This document shows positions 60,701-64,000 of a DNA stretch of 64,000 bases, piece after piece. Both the position numbers and the translations under genes were made by a program. Below the pieces are notes generated by a model. It searched no databases. It was not told the DNA's origin and saw only the letters and a list, made by a program, of their open reading frames with translations. The DNA is from an uncultured Nitrospiraceae bacterium (lineage in GTDB: Bacteria; Nitrospirota; Nitrospiria; Nitrospirales; Nitrospiraceae): contig CAVSTP010000002.1 in NCBI GenBank assembly GCA_963730935.1, positions 1-64,000 on the forward strand, given 5' to 3'. Each line of letters starts with the position of its first letter. The first letter of the stretch is position 1.

Positions 60701-60903
60701 TGGCTTGATCGGCCCTGCCCGCGACTTACGGGGAGGCTCGGGGCCCGCACTTGCCGAACGGTGGCGGTCGCTCGGCGACGGCTGTGCATGTTCGAAGGTC
60801 CGTTGACCTCAGTCACAACGGACCAAGTTTGCATAGCCGAGCCACCGGAGGCTTAGTGCGGTCGAGCCGTAGCGTCGGAGCAGCACAGGGACGGTCATAG
60901 CCG
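60701..60903. repeat. ~200-nt imperfect rod-like hairpin between sucC and sucD
   Basis: Six nested complementary arm pairs centred on 60810. Confidence 0.75.
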
Positions 60904-60904
60904 C

Positions 60905-62083
60905 CTACGCGGCTTTCCCCGTCAACTTCACAATTTTCTGCGCCGCTTCCCACAGGTCGTCCGCCACCTCAAGCTTCAATCCGGACTCCGCCAGCAACTT
61001 CCGGCCTTCTGGGGCATTCGTGCCTTGCAGCCGCACCACCAAGGGCACGGTGATTTTCACTTCTTTCGCCGCCTCGATGACGCCGTGCGCAATGCGCTCG
61101 CACCGGACGATCCCGCCGAAAATGTTGATGAAGATGCCTTTGACGTTCGGATCCTTGAGGAGGATCCGGAAGCCTGCTGCGACCGTTTCCTTGGTCGCGC
61201 CGCCGCCGACATCGAGAAAGTTGGCTGGTTCGCTGCCGGCGAGCTTAATGACGTCCATCGTGGCCATGGCCAGACCGGCCCCATTCACCATACAGCCGAT
61301 ATTCCCGTCCAGCTTCACATAGTTGAGGTTGTTCGAAGTCGCTTCAATTTCCAACGGCTCTTCTTCATTCAAGTCGCGCATCTTCTGCACGTCTTCATGC
61401 TTGAAGAGGCCGTTGTCATCGAACGAAACCTTGCCGTCCAGCGCAACGAGCGTCTTTTCCTTCGTGATGATGAGCGGGTTGATTTCCACGAGGGCGGCAT
61501 TCTTGTCCATGAACAGGCGATAGAGATTGCCCAGCATTTGAACGAACGGATTGATCGCGGTCGGCTCCATCTGCTGCAGCCCCAGAGCGAACGCGACGTT
61601 GCGGCCATTGTGCCCCTGGAACCCCACAGCGGGATCGATCGCTTCCTTGATGATTTTCTCCGGAGTCTTTTCCGCCACCTCTTCAATCTCCATCCCGCCT
61701 TCCGTACTGGCGATAAAGATCGGCCAGCCCGTATCGCGATCCACGAGGATCGAGAGGTACAACTCTTTGGCGATGTTTGCACCCTCTTCTACCAAGAGAC
61801 GGTGGACTTTGCGGCCTTTGGGGCCGGTCTGATGCGTGACCAGGGTCTTGCCGATCAGCTCTTTCGCAAGGCCGGCACAGGCCGTCTTGTCCTTGGTGAT
61901 CTTGACGCCTCCGGCTTTTCCCCGCCCTCCGGCATGAATCTGCGCTTTGACGACGAAGACTGGTGTATTTAATTCATTGGCCCAGGTTGTAGCGGCTTCG
62001 GGAGAAGTAATTTCCTTCCCTCGTGGCACGGGAACACCGAACTGGGCAAACAACGACTTGGCTTGAAATTCATGTACGTTCAT
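60905..62083 (-). CDS. sucC: succinyl-CoA ligase beta subunit
   Basis: 'HEFQAK', 'GGRGKAGGV', 'NGAGLAMATMD', 'NIFGGIVRC'. Confidence 0.97.
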   Translation of the reverse strand: MNVHEFQAKSLFAQFGVPVPRGKEITSPEAATTWANELNTPVFVVKAQIHAGGRGKAGGVKITKDKTACAGLAKELIGKTLVTHQTGPKGRKVHRLLVEEGANIAKELYLSILVDRDTGWPIFIASTEGGMEIEEVAEKTPEKIIKEAIDPAVGFQGHNGRNVAFALGLQQMEPTAINPFVQMLGNLYRLFMDKNAALVEINPLIITKEKTLVALDGKVSFDDNGLFKHEDVQKMRDLNEEEPLEIEATSNNLNYVKLDGNIGCMVNGAGLAMATMDVIKLAGSEPANFLDVGGGATKETVAAGFRILLKDPNVKGIFINIFGGIVRCERIAHGVIEAAKEVKITVPLVVRLQGTNAPEGRKLLAESGLKLEVADDLWEAAQKIVKLTGKAA

Positions 62084-62122
62084 CAGAATCCTTTCAGGAT
62101 GAAGGCCGAGGTCTGACGAACC

Positions 62123-63706
62123 TCAGCTGACCTTTCGTGTATAGGCCGGAAGGATCATGGGGGAAATGACGCCGCTGGGGTTCCCATGCTTTCTGGCTTC
62201 GGCGCGGAAGCGTTCTAAATGTTTGAGGGTGAGCTTGCCGTGCTTCCTCGAAGCCGTTCGCGAGGCTGCGGTCAGGCCAGACCGCTTGCCGAACACCATC
62301 AGATCGAGCAAAGAATTGCCCATCAAGCGGTTACGGCCATGGAGGCCGCCGGAGGCTTCTCCGGCCACAAACAGATTCTTCACATCGGTTTCCGCGTTCG
62401 TATCGATTTTCACGCCGCCGTTCTGATAGTGCAGCGTGGGATAGATCAACACCGGATCCTTGCTGATGTCGATGCCGAACCGCTCGAACTGGAGCATCAT
62501 GGCGGGAAAATGCTTCTCGACGGTTCCCGGTCCATGCTCCACGTCCAGCAGTGGCGTATCCAGCCAGACCCCCACTCGGCCAGACATCGTGCGAATGCCT
62601 CGTCCTTCCTCACATTCTCGGATGATGGAAGACGAGACCACGTCGCGCGTATCGAGCTCATTCACAAACCGCTCGCCCTTGGCATTGACCAGATGGCCGC
62701 CTTCGGAGCGAATTCCCTCAGTGACCAAGGCGCCGATGAGTTGTTCGGGGTACACGGCGCCTGATGGGTGGTATTGAAACGTATCGACGTGCGCCAACCG
62801 GGCTCCCATACGGTACGACAGGCAGAGTCCGTCGCCCGTCGCGCCATAGTGGTTGCTGGTGGGGAATCCCTGAATGTGCAGTCGGCCGATGCCACCGGTC
62901 GCGAGGATCACCGTTTTGGCCGACACGACGACGTGCCGCTGGTTGTCGAGATCCTTAAAAATCGCGCCCGAACAGTTCCCCTCGTCGTCGCTGAGCAATT
63001 CGACGGCCGCGCAGAATTCAAGCAACTCGATTTTTTGATTGAGCACCTCGTCCTTCAGGACGCGCATGATCTCCAGGCCGGTATAGTCCGAACAGGTGAG
63101 CAGCCGCGGCTTTGAGCTGCCGCCGCCCTTCTTGACGTGAAGATTCCCGTCCGCCTGGCGATCGAAAAGCACGCCGAGGTCGATCAGCCACTTGGCGATC
63201 GCCGGTCCGTCTTCCACCATCACCTTGAGCAGGGCATGGTCGTTCTGCATATGCCCGCCCTTGAGCGTATCGATGAAGTGTGTGACGGGAGAATCTTCTG
63301 GCGCCACCGAGATCTGCATGCCGCCCTGCGCCATCACGCTATTGGAATCGCCGAGCCGTAGTTTCGTAGCCAGCATCACCTTCGAGCCTGCGCCGTGGGC
63401 ATGCAAAGCTGCCGCGCACCCTGCGCCGCCGCCCCCGATCACCAGCACGTCCGTCGTGTAGGCCGGAGCCAGATCCTGATCCTCCTGGATCGGGCTGTCG
63501 CCCTCCAGCAGCGTCGCCAGTTCGATCACCGTCCGGTCCCCTTTGTTGGGACCGAATCTAATCGGTCGATAGGCGCTGGCGCGGTAATCCGGATGAAACT
63601 TGTGGATCAGCTGGTCGCGTTCGGCGGGAGGAAATTTCGGAAGGGTCTGCTTGCGGCGGGCATCCCTCGTGCTGTGTACGATTTGTTGAAGTGCGTGGAT
63701 GTCCAT
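62123..63706 (-). CDS. frdA: fumarate reductase / succinate dehydrogenase-family flavoprotein
   Basis: GGGGAG, 'MAQGG', 'QYHPSG', 'TEGIRSEGG', 'HYQNGG', 'HGRNRLMGNSL'. Confidence 0.85.
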   Translation of the reverse strand: MDIHALQQIVHSTRDARRKQTLPKFPPAERDQLIHKFHPDYRASAYRPIRFGPNKGDRTVIELATLLEGDSPIQEDQDLAPAYTTDVLVIGGGGAGCAAALHAHGAGSKVMLATKLRLGDSNSVMAQGGMQISVAPEDSPVTHFIDTLKGGHMQNDHALLKVMVEDGPAIAKWLIDLGVLFDRQADGNLHVKKGGGSSKPRLLTCSDYTGLEIMRVLKDEVLNQKIELLEFCAAVELLSDDEGNCSGAIFKDLDNQRHVVVSAKTVILATGGIGRLHIQGFPTSNHYGATGDGLCLSYRMGARLAHVDTFQYHPSGAVYPEQLIGALVTEGIRSEGGHLVNAKGERFVNELDTRDVVSSSIIRECEEGRGIRTMSGRVGVWLDTPLLDVEHGPGTVEKHFPAMMLQFERFGIDISKDPVLIYPTLHYQNGGVKIDTNAETDVKNLFVAGEASGGLHGRNRLMGNSLLDLMVFGKRSGLTAASRTASRKHGKLTLKHLERFRAEARKHGNPSGVISPMILPAYTRKVS

Positions 63707-63773
63707 GGACGTCGCTCTCAGCGATGGGCGTTCAGCAGCAGCTGCCGGCCGATTCGCTGGCCTGTTTCCCGTG

Positions 63774-64000
63774 CTATTTCACCGTCGCACAGTGGTCAGC
63801 GAGTTCCTTGTCATTCATCTTCAGGATCTTGCGCCACTCGTCATTGAATCGCCCGTCTTCGATTTCCTTGATGCGTGCATCCAATCCAACGGGCTTGTCG
63901 GTAAAGTGAGCGCCCTGGGCGCGGCTCACGTAGAGCGCCACAAGGTTCGGGGCAATGTCGGCAATGCACACCGGTGTGCACATCCCGCACATTACGCAAT
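63774..64000 (-). CDS. frdB: 3' end of a fumarate reductase-type Fe-S subunit (partial)
   Basis: CVMCGMCTPVC ferredoxin motif; directly upstream of frdA; runs off the window. Confidence 0.7.
   Translation of the reverse strand, partial: CVMCGMCTPVCIADIAPNLVALYVSRAQGAHFTDKPVGLDARIKEIEDGRFNDEWRKILKMNDKELADHCATVK

Noticed and set aside
60701..60903. 6S RNA identity for the long hairpin
   Set aside because: Length fits, but it lies within the sucCD operon with no own promoter evident and no clear central A/U-rich bubble

Overview
Bacterial chromosomal window, most likely from Nitrospira (Nitrospirota). This is inferred from the twin CydA-like/Rieske-cytb/cytochrome c cluster, hopanoid genes, System II cytochrome c maturation and sucCD-frdAB. 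Layout: (1) 1-6020 is the right part of a small integrative element at the 3' end of tRNA-Thr(CGT). It carries HTH, Rep_trans initiator/relaxase, HTH and tyrosine integrase genes, a visible nick-site hairpin, and two membrane-protein cargo genes. (2) 6166-9098 holds an apparently catalytically dead caspase-fold lipoprotein and ubiA. (3) 9130-21181 is a 12-gene minus-strand respiratory cluster. (4) 21364-39470 covers hopanoid/MEP genes (hpnH, ispG, dxs, hpnG, shc, ispH) with an embedded MlaEFDC + Omp85-like + DUF3187-like transport module, tRNA-Cys and smc. (5) 39632-54120 contains phoBR-like genes, pit/DUF47, fabH, bamD, ccdA-resA-resA-ccsA-ccs1 and metK-ahcY. (6) 54471-64000 contains an IDO-family dioxygenase, EamA, PilZ, a ferritin-VIT1 fusion, DUF72, sucDC and frdAB. 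A family of ~125-nt palindromic repeats sits directly behind four stop codons, always in the same orientation relative to the mRNA. All calls come from motif recognition by eye; no database searches were run, and several start codons are my adjustments of the ORF track.
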